Shown here: positions 1-10,247 of the stretch, one piece after another
Position numbering within the stretch: the stretch's first letter is position 1
How the letters are laid out: each line of letters begins with the position of its first letter
Assembly: GCA_042408215.1 (NCBI GenBank)
Contig: JAYFMW010000003.1
Span: 128,001-192,000, forward strand
Reading direction: 5' to 3'
DNA length: 64,000 bases
DNA from: Microcoleus sp.
GTDB taxonomy: Bacteria > Cyanobacteriota > Cyanobacteriia > Cyanobacteriales > Microcoleaceae
Notes under the pieces: model-generated
Database searches by the model: none
What the model was told of the DNA's origin: nothing
The model's input: the letters and a program-made list of their open reading frames with translations, nothing else
Made by a program: the position numbers and the translations under genes

Positions 1-1483
1 CATTGGCCTCTAAATGAGCAATCCACTCCTGGTCTGCTGATGCAGTTTGCCGCATTTCATCTAGTAGGGAATTAACGCCAGAACGAATTAACCCTCCTTC
101 TTTTAAATGAATCGGCGGTTCGTCAACTAAATGAGCGTGAATTTTATTTGCCAATTCTTCTAAAATTGGCGGTACGTTTTGCAGTGCTTTCAGATAGGGC
201 GATCGACCTTGGGCTGCGATCGCAGCTAATTCCGGCAATTTTGCCAAAGAATCAGCTAAAGCGACCAAATCTCGCGCGCTAGCTGTGCCAGAACCAGCGC
301 GGCCTGTCAGTCTTTCGATGTCGTAAATTTGGCGTAATAACTGCTGCAAATCTTGGCGCAGGGGGTTGTTTTCTACTAATTCTTGAATCGTGTCGTGTCT
401 GGCGCAAATGCCTTTAATATTGAGCAAAGGTTGCTGCACCCAGCGGCGCAAAGCGCGGCCTCCCATTGCAGTGTTAGTTTTGTCGATCGCCCACAGCAAA
501 GAACCATGAAAAACCCCATCTCTAACAGTTTGAGTAATTTCGAGATTGCGACGGGTTTGGTAGTCTAGCGTGAGAAAATCGGTGAGAGTATAAGTGTGCA
601 ATCGTTGCAAAGGTACTGCATTTCCTTTTTGGGTTTCTTCGAGATATTGCAGCAAACCGCCGGCGGCGCGAACGCTGAGGGGAAGGTGTCCGCATCCCAT
701 ACCTTCGAGCGATCGCATTTTGAATTTTTGCAGGATTCTCTGTTTTGCTTCTGCCAAAGTAAACGGGATTTGCGATCGCAAAGAATAGCAAAACGAACTC
801 GGCAAACAATCGGGCAAATGCTCGGATTTCTCTCCGGGCCTCAACATACTCACCAAATCCGGCGCATTAGTTGGTACCAGCACTTCCGAAGGCTGCAAGC
901 GCAGCAATTCTAGGGTTAATTGCTCTAAACTATCTGCTTGGGTAGTGACAAATTCTCCAGTAGAAATATCTGTATAAGCCAATCCCCAATGGGTTCCAGC
1001 TATCACAATTGCTGCTAAAAAATTATTGTGACGGGGTTTCAGCATTCCGTCATCAGTCAAAGTTCCAGGAGTCAGAATGCGGGTAATTTCCCGCTTGACT
1101 TGACGGCCTTCTCTAGCCGCGATTCCGGCATCTTCTACTTGGTCGCAAACTACCACAGCATAGCCTTTTTCTACTAACATTGAAGTGTAGCGATCTAGGG
1201 CGTGGTGCGGCACTCCCGTCATCGGCACTCGTCCTATTTCCTTGCCACTTTCCTTGCTAGTACAAACAAGTTCTAATTCCCGCGAAATGGTGACTGCATC
1301 TTGGAAAAAGCACTCAAAAAAATCGCCGACTCGAAATAATAAAAGGGCATGAGGATATTGTTCTTTTACTTCCACATACCGCTGCATCATTGGTGTCAGC
1401 TTGGTGAATTCTAGTAGGCGATGGTCGGCATTGCGAATGTTGGCTTGATTAGGGTCTGTTGGGGTAGATGCAGTGTAAGGCAT
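1..1483 (-). CDS. mutS: DNA mismatch repair protein MutS, 5' part (runs off the window's left edge)
   Basis: Manual translation from ATG at 1483: ...KLTPMMQRYVEVKEQYPHALLLFRVGDFFECFFQDA, the MutS N-terminal motif. Absent from the ORF track because no stop lies in the window. Confidence 0.95.
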   Translation of the reverse strand, partial: MPYTASTPTDPNQANIRNADHRLLEFTKLTPMMQRYVEVKEQYPHALLLFRVGDFFECFFQDAVTISRELELVCTSKESGKEIGRVPMTGVPHHALDRYTSMLVEKGYAVVVCDQVEDAGIAAREGRQVKREITRILTPGTLTDDGMLKPRHNNFLAAIVIAGTHWGLAYTDISTGEFVTTQADSLEQLTLELLRLQPSEVLVPTNAPDLVSMLRPGEKSEHLPDCLPSSFCYSLRSQIPFTLAEAKQRILQKFKMRSLEGMGCGHLPLSVRAAGGLLQYLEETQKGNAVPLQRLHTYTLTDFLTLDYQTRRNLEITQTVRDGVFHGSLLWAIDKTNTAMGGRALRRWVQQPLLNIKGICARHDTIQELVENNPLRQDLQQLLRQIYDIERLTGRAGSGTASARDLVALADSLAKLPELAAIAAQGRSPYLKALQNVPPILEELANKIHAHLVDEPPIHLKEGGLIRSGVNSLLDEMRQTASADQEWIAHLEAN

Positions 1484-2021
1484 AAAAGGCGATCGATAAA
1501 CTTTAATCTTTAATAATTTTACCGCACGCTCGGTATTTAGGTATAACTTGCGAGCCAAAACCCGCCCAGCCTCGGATATCGATCGACCCTCCCTGACTTG
1601 AGCAGTTTTAGGCTGCAACTTACTCAGTGTGAGTTAATGAGCTGGCCCCTAGTGAGAAAATGTGCGGTGTTTTTATTAATTGTGAGATCAAGCTGCGGGT
1701 TGAGTCAACTGGCGATCGGGAAAAACCACCCTAGATTGGTGATTTTTTATTTATTAGAAAAGAAAGTAATTGCTAAGACGATAGGAACTTGGAAATTGAT
1801 TCAAGGGAAACCCTAACCTACAATTAATACCAAATCCCGTTAATTTCCCTTTGAGATTTGAGATTTTAGAGGCGACTCAATATATAAAGATAGGGCTTGA
1901 AGATTTGAGGTTTTAGCAGAGGTTCCAGAGTTGAAACTAGGGACCGATCCCAAAAAAAATATAAAATCTGCCATCAAAAATCTCAAATTGTTCGTCCACC
2001 TCATCGCTTTAACCATTATAA

Positions 2022-2909
2022 TTGATTTATCACAAAGGAGCGTCTAATTTGAAGAATCAAAATTTCCAGAGCATATCATCAGCAATCGCAGGGATTCTAT
2101 TAGTAGGCGCGCTGCTCCTCGGCTTCAATTCTTTTGTTGTCATCAATCCCGGTGAAGCAGGAGTTGTCAGCATTTTAGGGAAAGCCACGGATGGAGCATT
2201 GCTAGAAGGATTTCACCTCAGACCCCCGCTGATATCCAAGGTAGATGTGTACGATGTAACGGTGCAAAAATTTGAAGTTCCCGCCCAGAGTGCTACTAAA
2301 GACCTTCAGGATCTCAATGCTAGTTTTGCGATCAATTTTCGCCTCGATCCGGCGCGGGTAGTTGATGTGAGAAGGACTCAAGGAACCTTGGAGAATATAG
2401 TCTCAAAAATTATTGCTCCCCAGACGCAAGAGGCATTTAAAACAGCGGCTGCATTGAGAACTGCCGAACAGTCTATTACTCAAAGAAGTGAACTGAAGCG
2501 AGACTTTGATACTGCGCTGAAGGAAAGGCTATCAAAGTATGATGTAATCGTGCTCGATACGAGCGTTGTTAACATTCGATTCTCCACAGATTTTGCGAAA
2601 GCGGTTGAGGAGAAACAGGTAGCGGAACAGCGAGCGCAAAGGGCTGTTTATGTAGCTCAGGAAGCGGAACAACAGGCTCAGGCTGACATTAACCGCGCCC
2701 AAGGTAGGGCGGAAGCTCAAAGGCTTTTGGCTGAAACTTTAAAGGCTCAGGGTGGCGATTTAGTGCTGCAAAAAGAGACAATAGAAGCTTGGAGAAGTGG
2801 TGGAGCTCAGATGCCAAAGGTGTTGGTTATGGGCAGTGGTTCTAGTCGGGTTCCTTTCATTTTTAATATGAGCGACTTTCAGGAAGAAGCCGATCGCCCA
2901 AAAAATTAG
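2022..2909 (+). CDS. Prohibitin/SPFH (band 7) family membrane protein
   Basis: N-terminal TM segment, INPGEAGVVSILG, EGFHLRPP, FAKAVEEKQVAEQ coiled coil. Confidence 0.9.
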   Translation: MIYHKGASNLKNQNFQSISSAIAGILLVGALLLGFNSFVVINPGEAGVVSILGKATDGALLEGFHLRPPLISKVDVYDVTVQKFEVPAQSATKDLQDLNASFAINFRLDPARVVDVRRTQGTLENIVSKIIAPQTQEAFKTAAALRTAEQSITQRSELKRDFDTALKERLSKYDVIVLDTSVVNIRFSTDFAKAVEEKQVAEQRAQRAVYVAQEAEQQAQADINRAQGRAEAQRLLAETLKAQGGDLVLQKETIEAWRSGGAQMPKVLVMGSGSSRVPFIFNMSDFQEEADRPKN

Positions 2910-3047
2910 GCTCAATTTAGAGTTACCATAGTATGCTACACTTCCTTTAGCCAAAATATAGCGATCGGGTTAAATCTGTCGCTATAAAAGCGAAGTCCGC
3001 AATTCACACGCAGACAGCACACTCACTTTAGAAAGCAAGGAAAAATC

Positions 3048-3467
3048 ATGACCCGCGCGATTATGGAAACGAACAAAGGCACAATCAATTTGGAATTGTT
3101 TGATGCAGATGCGCCTAACACAGTGAAGAATTTTGTTGACTTGGCAGAAAAAGGTTTTTACGACGGATTGGCCTTTCACCGAGTAATTCCTAACTTTATG
3201 ATCCAAGGCGGCTGTCCAAAAGGCAATGGAACAGGCGGCCCTGGTTACAAAATCAAGTGCGAAATCAACTCGAACAAACATTTAGCAGGAACTTTATCGA
3301 TGGCCCACGCAGGCCGCGATACCGGCGGCAGTCAATTCTTTATTTGCCATTCTCCCCAGTCTCATTTAGATGGAGTTCACACGACTTTTGGCAAAACTGA
3401 GGATATGTCTGTAGTCAATGCTATCCGTCAAGGCGACAAGATTCTTTCGGTAAAAATCGAGCATTAA
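3048..3467 (+). CDS. Cyclophilin-type peptidyl-prolyl cis-trans isomerase
   Basis: [28 protein letters not shown]. Confidence 0.95.
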   Translation: MTRAIMETNKGTINLELFDADAPNTVKNFVDLAEKGFYDGLAFHRVIPNFMIQGGCPKGNGTGGPGYKIKCEINSNKHLAGTLSMAHAGRDTGGSQFFICHSPQSHLDGVHTTFGKTEDMSVVNAIRQGDKILSVKIEH

Positions 3468-3549
3468 TTCTCAGTAATTAGTTGCGTTTGTAGTAAGGAC
3501 GAAGAGTCCTTATTACAAACTTAATCGGTCAAGCTAAATTATTAATTCA

Positions 3550-4398
3550 TCACTGTAAGTTAAGTGTTAGCTGTTTTGGCGAACTTTCACATGCATTGAC
3601 TTCGGACATCGGCTCCTCTTCATTATCATCAGCCGTAATCTGTAACCTATTCAATCCTATTTGTACATATTTTTCTTGTAATTCTATTCCGATTGACTTT
3701 CTCTTCAGCTTTTTGGCAACAAATGATGTGGTAAAAGTTCCCGAAAATACGTCTAATACAACATCGCCCTCATTACTACTTGCTTTGATAATTCGTTCTA
3801 ACAAAGATGTGGGTTTTTGGGTAGGATGATCTTCATATTGGGGCATACGATATCTGACTCTCGGAAACTCCCATACATTACCTGGAACTTTTTCAGAATT
3901 ATATACTGATGGTGTAGACTTGCGGTAATCAATTAGTTTTCTGACAGATCCGGTTTTGGCCTCTACCAGAATATCTGAGGAATTAAATGTATAATTTCGT
4001 TGGTCTTTGACACAATATAAAATTGGTTCGTACAGAGAACCGTAATATTTTTTTGCTTGGACACCAGAACTGTCATAATACCACACTATACGAGAAAGAA
4101 TTGTCAAACGATCGCGCAAATATAGATCGAAGTAAGGCATACATTGAGTTGAGGCCATCAGATACAAGCTGCCGTTATGTTTGAGCTTATTAATACATAA
4201 ATTCAACCAAGTATAACTCCATTCTAAATAATCGCTCTCAGATTCCCACTTGTCTTTAAAACCATTAAAGTCTTTGCCGATATTATAGGGAGGATCGGCA
4301 AAAATTAAATCTATTGAGTTGTCTTTAATTTCACTAGAAAGGACTTCTAACACATCTCCAAAAATGAGATTGTGTCCGTCTACTTCAAAGATTTTCAT
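3550..4398 (-). CDS. Orphan beta-class DNA N6-adenine/N4-cytosine methyltransferase (YhdJ/CcrM-like)
   Basis: DPPY catalytic motif, then HPTQKP and DVFSGTFT SAM-binding motif. Confidence 0.88.
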   Translation of the reverse strand: MKIFEVDGHNLIFGDVLEVLSSEIKDNSIDLIFADPPYNIGKDFNGFKDKWESESDYLEWSYTWLNLCINKLKHNGSLYLMASTQCMPYFDLYLRDRLTILSRIVWYYDSSGVQAKKYYGSLYEPILYCVKDQRNYTFNSSDILVEAKTGSVRKLIDYRKSTPSVYNSEKVPGNVWEFPRVRYRMPQYEDHPTQKPTSLLERIIKASSNEGDVVLDVFSGTFTTSFVAKKLKRKSIGIELQEKYVQIGLNRLQITADDNEEEPMSEVNACESSPKQLTLNLQ

Positions 4399-4455
4399 TT
4401 TGCCTAACCTGTTTTAATCAATACGCGCTCTTGTCAGTTATAGTTGGATATTTAC

Positions 4456-4577
4456 TATAGTCCTGGACGCATAAATACCAAAGAAACAATACCAAATAAA
4501 CCTGGTTTTTTACCAGTATTAAATGCCTGGATGCAGTAGTTTAATAAAAAAAACCGGTTTCTGCGTCCAGGACTGTA
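4456..4577. mobile_element. MITE-like element with 16-bp terminal inverted repeats
   Basis: TATAGTCCTGGACGCA ... TGCGTCCAGGACTGTA; a half copy TAGTCCTGGACACATAAATA recurs at ~58287. Confidence 0.6.
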
Positions 4578-4673
4578 CTATAGCAGTTCTCAATCTTGGT
4601 GAGGTATCCCCTATGCCCTATGCCCTATGCCCTATATCAAGCGTGCACCTCATTTTACTGAGAAAGGCTATAG
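4578..4673. repeat. Second small inverted-repeat element with internal CCCTATG heptamers
   Basis: CTATAGCAGTTCTCA...TGAGAAAGGCTATAG; a related CTATAGCAATCCTAAAT...ATTTAGGATTGCTATA lies at ~27631-27734. Confidence 0.5.
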
Positions 4674-4679
4674 AAATAT

Positions 4680-5804
4680 TCAATACAGTTCATACTTGAG
4701 CAAAGTACAAGGAATCGAGCCATTGAAAACAGGAATTCGCTTTGATGTTCTCAGTCCAACTTGTTTCCCCAACTCCTTATTTCCAGTCAAAATAAACGCA
4801 TTCCAACCTTTAAAACGCTGCTTGAAAATATCGCCTAACATCTTATAAAGTTCTCCCAATTCCCTAGCATCCCCCAGCCTTTCTCCGTAGGGAGGATTGC
4901 AAATCAGAACGCCGCTGTCTGCGGGTGGTTCCAACTCCGATAACTCGGTTTGAGCAAACTTGATCTTACCTGAAAGACCTGCTTGTTGTGCATTCGATCG
5001 AGCTTGGGTTAACATATCGGAATCTCGATCGCACCCTACAACAACTTGCTTAAGTTCCGGTAATTCGCTGTTTTCCGCTTCAGCCCATAATTGATCCCAT
5101 AAAGGTTCGTCAAAATCCCGCCAAGTCATAAACCCAAACTTGTCTCGAAACAATCCCGGTGCAATATTCAAAGCCTTTAAACTCGCTTCCAAAGGCAAGG
5201 TTCCCGAACCACACATGGGGTCTAAAAAAGGTAAATCTGGTGTCCATTCTGCCATCTCCAACAAAGCAGCAGCTAGGGTTTCTTTTAATGGCGCCATCCC
5301 CACTGCGGGCCGATATCCCCGCCGGTGCAAACTGCCGCCAGAACTGTCTAAACTTAAAATACCTCTATCTCGATGAATGTGAATGTTAATTAGCAAATCG
5401 GGATGCTCGACATCAACGTTGGAACGCTTGTTAAATTGATTTCGCTGTTGGTCGGCGATCGCATTTTTTACCTGCAAAGCTGTATAATGAGTGTGGTTCA
5501 AGTTTTCGTTGCCACCGGTACAGTTTACGGCTAAAGTATTGTCAGGATCGAGGTATTCGTCCCAAGGGATTTTTTGCACTTCGCGGTACAGCATATCTGA
5601 GTTGTAGCACCGGAATTCGGCGATCGGCATTAGCACTCGAAAAATTGTTCTCGACCACAGATTGACGCGGTACAATAAAGCGCGATCGCCCGCAAAGTAC
5701 ACCCCTGTAAAATCTGGCTTAACATCCTGTGCTCCCAATCGTTCTAATTCTTGGGCGGCAATAGTTTCTAATCCGCGAGCAACTGTAGCAAAGTATTGAT
5801 TCAT
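4680..5804 (-). CDS. THUMP-domain class I SAM-dependent RNA methyltransferase (RlmL-like)
   Basis: LHRRGYR, APLKETLAAALL, DPMCGSGT, NPPYGER. Confidence 0.92.
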   Translation of the reverse strand: MNQYFATVARGLETIAAQELERLGAQDVKPDFTGVYFAGDRALLYRVNLWSRTIFRVLMPIAEFRCYNSDMLYREVQKIPWDEYLDPDNTLAVNCTGGNENLNHTHYTALQVKNAIADQQRNQFNKRSNVDVEHPDLLINIHIHRDRGILSLDSSGGSLHRRGYRPAVGMAPLKETLAAALLEMAEWTPDLPFLDPMCGSGTLPLEASLKALNIAPGLFRDKFGFMTWRDFDEPLWDQLWAEAENSELPELKQVVVGCDRDSDMLTQARSNAQQAGLSGKIKFAQTELSELEPPADSGVLICNPPYGERLGDARELGELYKMLGDIFKQRFKGWNAFILTGNKELGKQVGLRTSKRIPVFNGSIPCTLLKYELY

Positions 5805-5836
5805 TAGGGGATGGGGAATGGGGGATGGGGAATGGG

Positions 5837-6059
5837 CATTAGTGTCAACTTAAGGCTAAAACCCTTGATAAATCTCGTTTTTACCTGAGTCTAGATCCCC
5901 CTAAATCCCCCTTAAGAAGGGGGAGTAGGGGTTGACTTTAAGAAGACTCCTGTCCCCCCCCTTCTTAAGGGGGAGTAGGGGGCAAGAATGCGGGGGGATC
6001 TAGGCTTAATAGTCAAACAGCATTCTGTGACTGGGTTTGACGTTAAGTTGACACCAATG
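5837..6059. mobile_element. MITE family A copy 1 (TIR CATTRGTGTCAACTTAA), inserted in a GGGAATG heptamer tract
   Basis: 17-bp TIRs, internal CCCCCTTAAGAAGGGGG palindromes, three more copies in the window. Confidence 0.8.
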
Positions 6060-6103
6060 GGGAATTGGGAATGGGGAATGGGGAATGGGGAATTATTCCT
6101 ACT

Positions 6104-6210
6104 AACAACAGACAACAGTTAACAGACAACAGTTAACAGACAACAGACAACAGTTAACAGTTAACAGTTAACAGTTAACAGTAAACTGACAACAGTAAAC
6201 TGACAACAGA
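6104..6210. repeat. STRR-like heptamer tract (ACAGTTA/ACAGACA)
   Basis: Visible tandem 7-mers. Confidence 0.8.
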
Positions 6211-6608
6211 CGTACCGCCAACTCACTATAGTAGCTGGTTTTAATCCTAATTATCAAAAAAAACTCTACCTTAAGGTAGATGCCGGGGTTCCCCAAAATT
6301 TATAGCTTGTAGAACAGCTTTGTCAACAAGCGATCGCAACCACTGCTAGAACATCAGCCTGAGAATTCATTGGGTATCAGTGCCTCATAATATGGAAATC
6401 TCCTGTGAAGTAGGCAATGAATGATCTCGATCCTGTTACTTGAATCGGTTCTGCGTTTGCGGCAATTGGTTCCACTAACGACAGCCCGATCGCCCGCAGT
6501 TCCACCCGCTCAAACCGAGGCGTCCACTCTCCCCACATTTTGTCTATCAAGTATTTCTGTATGTCCTCCGTCAATAAAATTTTCATCGCGTTAGAGGAAC
6601 AGAAAACT

Positions 6609-7235
6609 CTACTCTAACAGGTTCATCTCACCACGATATCCTGTGATAATACGGCTACCATCTTTGAGAACGTGAATTTCAATTTGGTCACTTGCCCAGG
6701 TAAGGCGATCGCTCAAGTCAGGGTTGAAAAGATGCACTCGCTGATTACTGGAAGAAACCAGAGAATCAGGACGATTCACTGCCAATGGTTCAATATACGC
6801 ACCATCAATTAAGACGTCGAGCTGTTCTAATAAATCTTCAGCGCCAGCCGGAGCAGAGGGCGATCGCAGTTGCTCTAGAGTAAACCCCGTAAAAGACATG
6901 ACATTTAGTCCAGCCGCTTTGACTTGACGAGCCAATTCTGCTAAGGCTGGCGCTTGCCAAAAAGGTTCTCCCCCAGAGAAGGTGACGCCTTCATTACGAG
7001 GGTTACTCAAAATTTTCTGAGCTAAGGTGTCAATTGACATGAGTTGATTGATCTCAAAGGACCAGGAAGCAGGATTGAAGCATCCCGGACATTCCCGTAA
7101 ACATCCCTGCACCCAGACCACAGCACGGCATCCAGGACCATTCACTTCTGACTCATCAACATACCCCATGATGTTGAGATCTCCAGCAGGAATCTCAATT
7201 AGTTGTTGATCGGGATTGAGTTTTGCTTGTGTCAT
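6609..7235 (-). CDS. NrdG-like radical SAM (4Fe-4S) protein
   Basis: NGPGCRAVVWVQGCLRECPGC (CxxxCxxC), TFSGGEP, DVLIDG, SSNQRV. Confidence 0.85.
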   Translation of the reverse strand: MTQAKLNPDQQLIEIPAGDLNIMGYVDESEVNGPGCRAVVWVQGCLRECPGCFNPASWSFEINQLMSIDTLAQKILSNPRNEGVTFSGGEPFWQAPALAELARQVKAAGLNVMSFTGFTLEQLRSPSAPAGAEDLLEQLDVLIDGAYIEPLAVNRPDSLVSSSNQRVHLFNPDLSDRLTWASDQIEIHVLKDGSRIITGYRGEMNLLE

Positions 7236-7257
7236 GCTGCAACTCCTTTCGTTAGTT

Positions 7258-7513
7258 TTGACACTCTCAGCTCTGAAGAGACTGAGATTCTTGAATAGCC
7301 CATAGTTTGAGCTTCAAAGGTGCTGACAAATCACCTCTACAGGCTCAAAACAACTGCCGGTACTTTCTTGTCTTGCACTTGCGCTTAGTTGCTTTTGTTT
7401 TAGATTATAACTCAAGATTGACGAGGACTTTCATTCCCTCGTGCCGCTTCCCTAGGAATGTCGCGCCGCTCGCTGCCCGCATCCCGCATTCTTCTGTGAA
7501 GGTATCAATCGCA
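7258..7513 (-). mobile_element. Orphan IS200/IS605 right end / omega-RNA module without ORF
   Basis: Minus strand ends GAAT-CTCAG..CTGAG hairpin-GTGTCAA, the same architecture as the other right ends in the window. Confidence 0.65.
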
Positions 7514-7529
7514 GTGACGACTCCCAGCC

Positions 7530-8759
7530 CTAACTCGCGGACGAGTATAGGGTGGGCTTCTCAGCAACACCAGCTTTTGCTTCGGTTACACGCTGAGCTT
7601 TAATCACGGTGCGCCCCACCGCAATATTTTTAACATTAATCGCAGCATTCACATCCCTATCTAGCTCCAATCCACAGACAGGGCAACTATGCCATCTATC
7701 TTGAATTTCCTTGAGGACGCGAGTACCGCAACTAGAACAATTTTGGGTAGTGCCATTTGGATTCACAGCTATAGCCAACTTGCCAGCATTCGCAGCTTTG
7801 CAAACCAGAATATCTAGAAATTCACTCCAACCAGCATCTAGGATCGATTTTGCCATCCTAGTTAAGGCCAAACCTTTGACATTCAAATCTTCAAAGCCAA
7901 TCACATCATACTTGTCGAGTAATTGCTTCACCGATTTATAATGAAAATCTTTGCGTTGCCTTGCTATTTTTTGATGATGTTTAGCAAGGCGTTTAACAGC
8001 TTTGCGTCTGCGATTACTGCCTTTCTTTTTGCGAGAAACAGCCTTATTTCGCAGCTTTTTATCAATCTCAGCTTTTCTAGCAAACTGAGGGATAGATACG
8101 GTTTCACCATCACTGGTAATCAAGAAATCCTTCAGTCCCATATCAATACCGACAACATGATCAAGATTGACATCAGGACTAATTGTAGGAACCGTTACAT
8201 CTTGCAATGTCAGCACTACATACCAGCCATCGGCATTCTTGACGATCTGAGCAGTTTTAATTTTGAATCCATCGGGAATAGGGCGATGCAAGATAATCTT
8301 CACATCACCAATCTTAGATAGGTTGATGCGATTACCTTTTCTGCAATCCTGTGGCATCTGAGTATAGGTAAAGCTGTGATATCTGCCACGACCTTTAAAT
8401 CTTGGCTTGCCAGAGCGTTTCCCAGACTTGTCAGCGCTGATATATCGATCGAAAGCTTTCTTTACTCTAGCAATGCAATCCTGAAGCACTTGAGAATGAA
8501 TCTGTTTGTACTCAGGAAATAGCTTTTTGGTATTGAGTAGATCTCGCTTTTGCCAGTAATAATCAGGCTGTTCAACTATTGGAGCAATGCTACATAATAC
8601 GAGAGAGCATGAATTAACAGGACTACGAGTAGACTCATACCAGTTAAATCTCTCTGCCAGCCTATAGTTGTACTGCATACGCAACAAGTCAAGCCACTCA
8701 TCGAATTGATGAGCTTGGGCTTTGTTAGGGCGTAATTTGTACTTGTAGGCTGTTATCAT
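7530..8759 (-). CDS. tnpB: TnpB RNA-guided endonuclease (intact RuvC)
   Basis: Start MITAYKYKLRP; GIDMG, FEDL, CSSCG/CPVCG zinc finger, DRDVNAA. Confidence 0.95.
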   Translation of the reverse strand: MITAYKYKLRPNKAQAHQFDEWLDLLRMQYNYRLAERFNWYESTRSPVNSCSLVLCSIAPIVEQPDYYWQKRDLLNTKKLFPEYKQIHSQVLQDCIARVKKAFDRYISADKSGKRSGKPRFKGRGRYHSFTYTQMPQDCRKGNRINLSKIGDVKIILHRPIPDGFKIKTAQIVKNADGWYVVLTLQDVTVPTISPDVNLDHVVGIDMGLKDFLITSDGETVSIPQFARKAEIDKKLRNKAVSRKKKGSNRRRKAVKRLAKHHQKIARQRKDFHYKSVKQLLDKYDVIGFEDLNVKGLALTRMAKSILDAGWSEFLDILVCKAANAGKLAIAVNPNGTTQNCSSCGTRVLKEIQDRWHSCPVCGLELDRDVNAAINVKNIAVGRTVIKAQRVTEAKAGVAEKPTLYSSAS

Positions 8760-8795
8760 GCCATAATTGTACCATAAGATAGATGGTATATAGTA

Positions 8796-8942
8796 ATGAA
8801 AAAAATAACTTTTCAGCTGGCAGATCAAGAGTTTGATTTGCTTGAATCCTACTGTGAGCAGACCGAAAGAGGTAAGACTGAAGTGTTGAGAGAATTGATA
8901 CGCAGTTTAAAGATTAGCTCTAAAAGCAAAGATAATTGTTAA
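8796..8942 (+). CDS. 48-aa ribbon-helix-helix (CopG-like) protein
   Basis: Manual translation MKKITFQLADQEFDLLESYCEQTERGKTEVLRELIRSLKISSKSKDNC (below the ORF-track cutoff); followed by hairpin GTTAATCAACGGGG..CCCCGTTGATTAAC. Confidence 0.75.
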   Translation: MKKITFQLADQEFDLLESYCEQTERGKTEVLRELIRSLKISSKSKDNC

Positions 8943-9284
8943 TCAACGGGGTATCGAACCCCGTTGATTAACACGCTTACATCCCGTCACTCAAGGTCGT
9001 ACCGTTAGAGTGCGGGGCTTTCGCTTAGTAGCTAAACAATTCTGAGATGCCTCAGTATGGGGTTGTTAGAAATCGTCCCTTCTTCACAGTTTCCTCATGT
9101 TTGAGAGCTACTTTGAAGTTGAACAGGAGCAACCGATCGGGTCTGGTTTTCAGCGACCATCCCTCATTGGCCCGCTGACTGGTTGAGCAAGAGATCGATG
9201 CCATCAGCCTCAACCTAGACTCTGTGCTAAAAACCTTCCTGGAAATTGATCTAACAGAGCAAATTAAGCTCCATTCAAAAGGAA

Positions 9285-10037
9285 GTGGCGATAATGATGA
9301 CTAATAAATTCAGCAACAAGAAACCACTCATCTATGGTTTGATTGGTTTCATCACAGGTGTAATTGCTACATCTGCGATCGTCTACGACGGGAGAACTGA
9401 ATCTTCAACCCCGGTGAGTTTTACAACGGGGCCCGGTGACACAACCGCCCAACTCATCAGTTCTCCCCAAGTCTCTCCTACAAGCGTTCCAATTGTCAAA
9501 CCCGGAATGCCGGGAATGATGGCTCAATCCGAGCAACACTTCATTGTGATGATGATTCCCCATCATGAAGGAGCAGTGGCGATGGCAGAATTGGCTTTGA
9601 GCCGAGCCAAACATCCTGAAATCAAAAAACTGGCTCAAACAATTAAAACCACACAAACCCAGGAGATTCGGCAAATGCAAGCCTGGTATAAACAGTGGTA
9701 CAGCGCCGATGTTCCAGCCTGGTCTCCTGGAATGGGAATGATGCGTGGTCGTGGAATTATGTCAGCACCGACCGTACCTGGAATGATGTGTGGAGGGTGC
9801 ATGGGTAGGGGATGGATGGGCACTGATTTAACTGGCTTAACAAATGCTGCTGACTTTGATCGGGAGTTCATTGTGCAAATGATTCCCCACCATCAAATGG
9901 CAATCATGATGTCTACAATGGTTGCTAGTAGTGCCACTCATCCTGAAATTCGTAACCTAGGTCAATCGATCATTCGCAGTCAAAGTGCTGAGATTGAGCA
10001 GATGCAGCAATGGTATCAAACCTGGTACGAGCAATAG
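9285..10037 (+). CDS. DUF305 (CopM-like) Met/His-rich exported metal-binding protein
   Basis: Signal/TM segment; two MIPHH motifs, each followed by Q..EI.QM..W. Confidence 0.88.
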   Translation: MAIMMTNKFSNKKPLIYGLIGFITGVIATSAIVYDGRTESSTPVSFTTGPGDTTAQLISSPQVSPTSVPIVKPGMPGMMAQSEQHFIVMMIPHHEGAVAMAELALSRAKHPEIKKLAQTIKTTQTQEIRQMQAWYKQWYSADVPAWSPGMGMMRGRGIMSAPTVPGMMCGGCMGRGWMGTDLTGLTNAADFDREFIVQMIPHHQMAIMMSTMVASSATHPEIRNLGQSIIRSQSAEIEQMQQWYQTWYEQ

Positions 10038-10247
10038 GGGTTGGCTCAGGAATCTCTCTGAGATCAAATCTGCCTCTTTGATAACATCTATCATGGATGA
10101 CAGTACCAGAAGGAAATCTTGTATATCCTTAATCGGACTACAAAGAAGCCCATAGGCTCTGTGTACTCACTCGGTGTGGGAGTATGTCACTTTTAAGTCA
10201 AGATGGTTGGTAAAACCCGCCCCTACAGGTGGTGGGAAATGTGCGAG

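Larger units (their letters stand above)
7514..9031 (-). mobile_element. IS200/IS605 (IS1341-type, no tnpA) element carrying tnpB and a divergent small RHH gene
   Basis: Right end GAAG-hairpin-TCAC at 7514; left-end hairpin at ~8984-9020 preceded by TTTAG. Confidence 0.8.

Noticed and set aside
383..913. Short ORFs in the track
   Set aside because: They overlap the continuous mutS frame on the minus strand.
6377..6586. 69-aa ORF downstream of the radical SAM gene
   Set aside because: Plausibly placed but has no recognisable motif; insufficient support.
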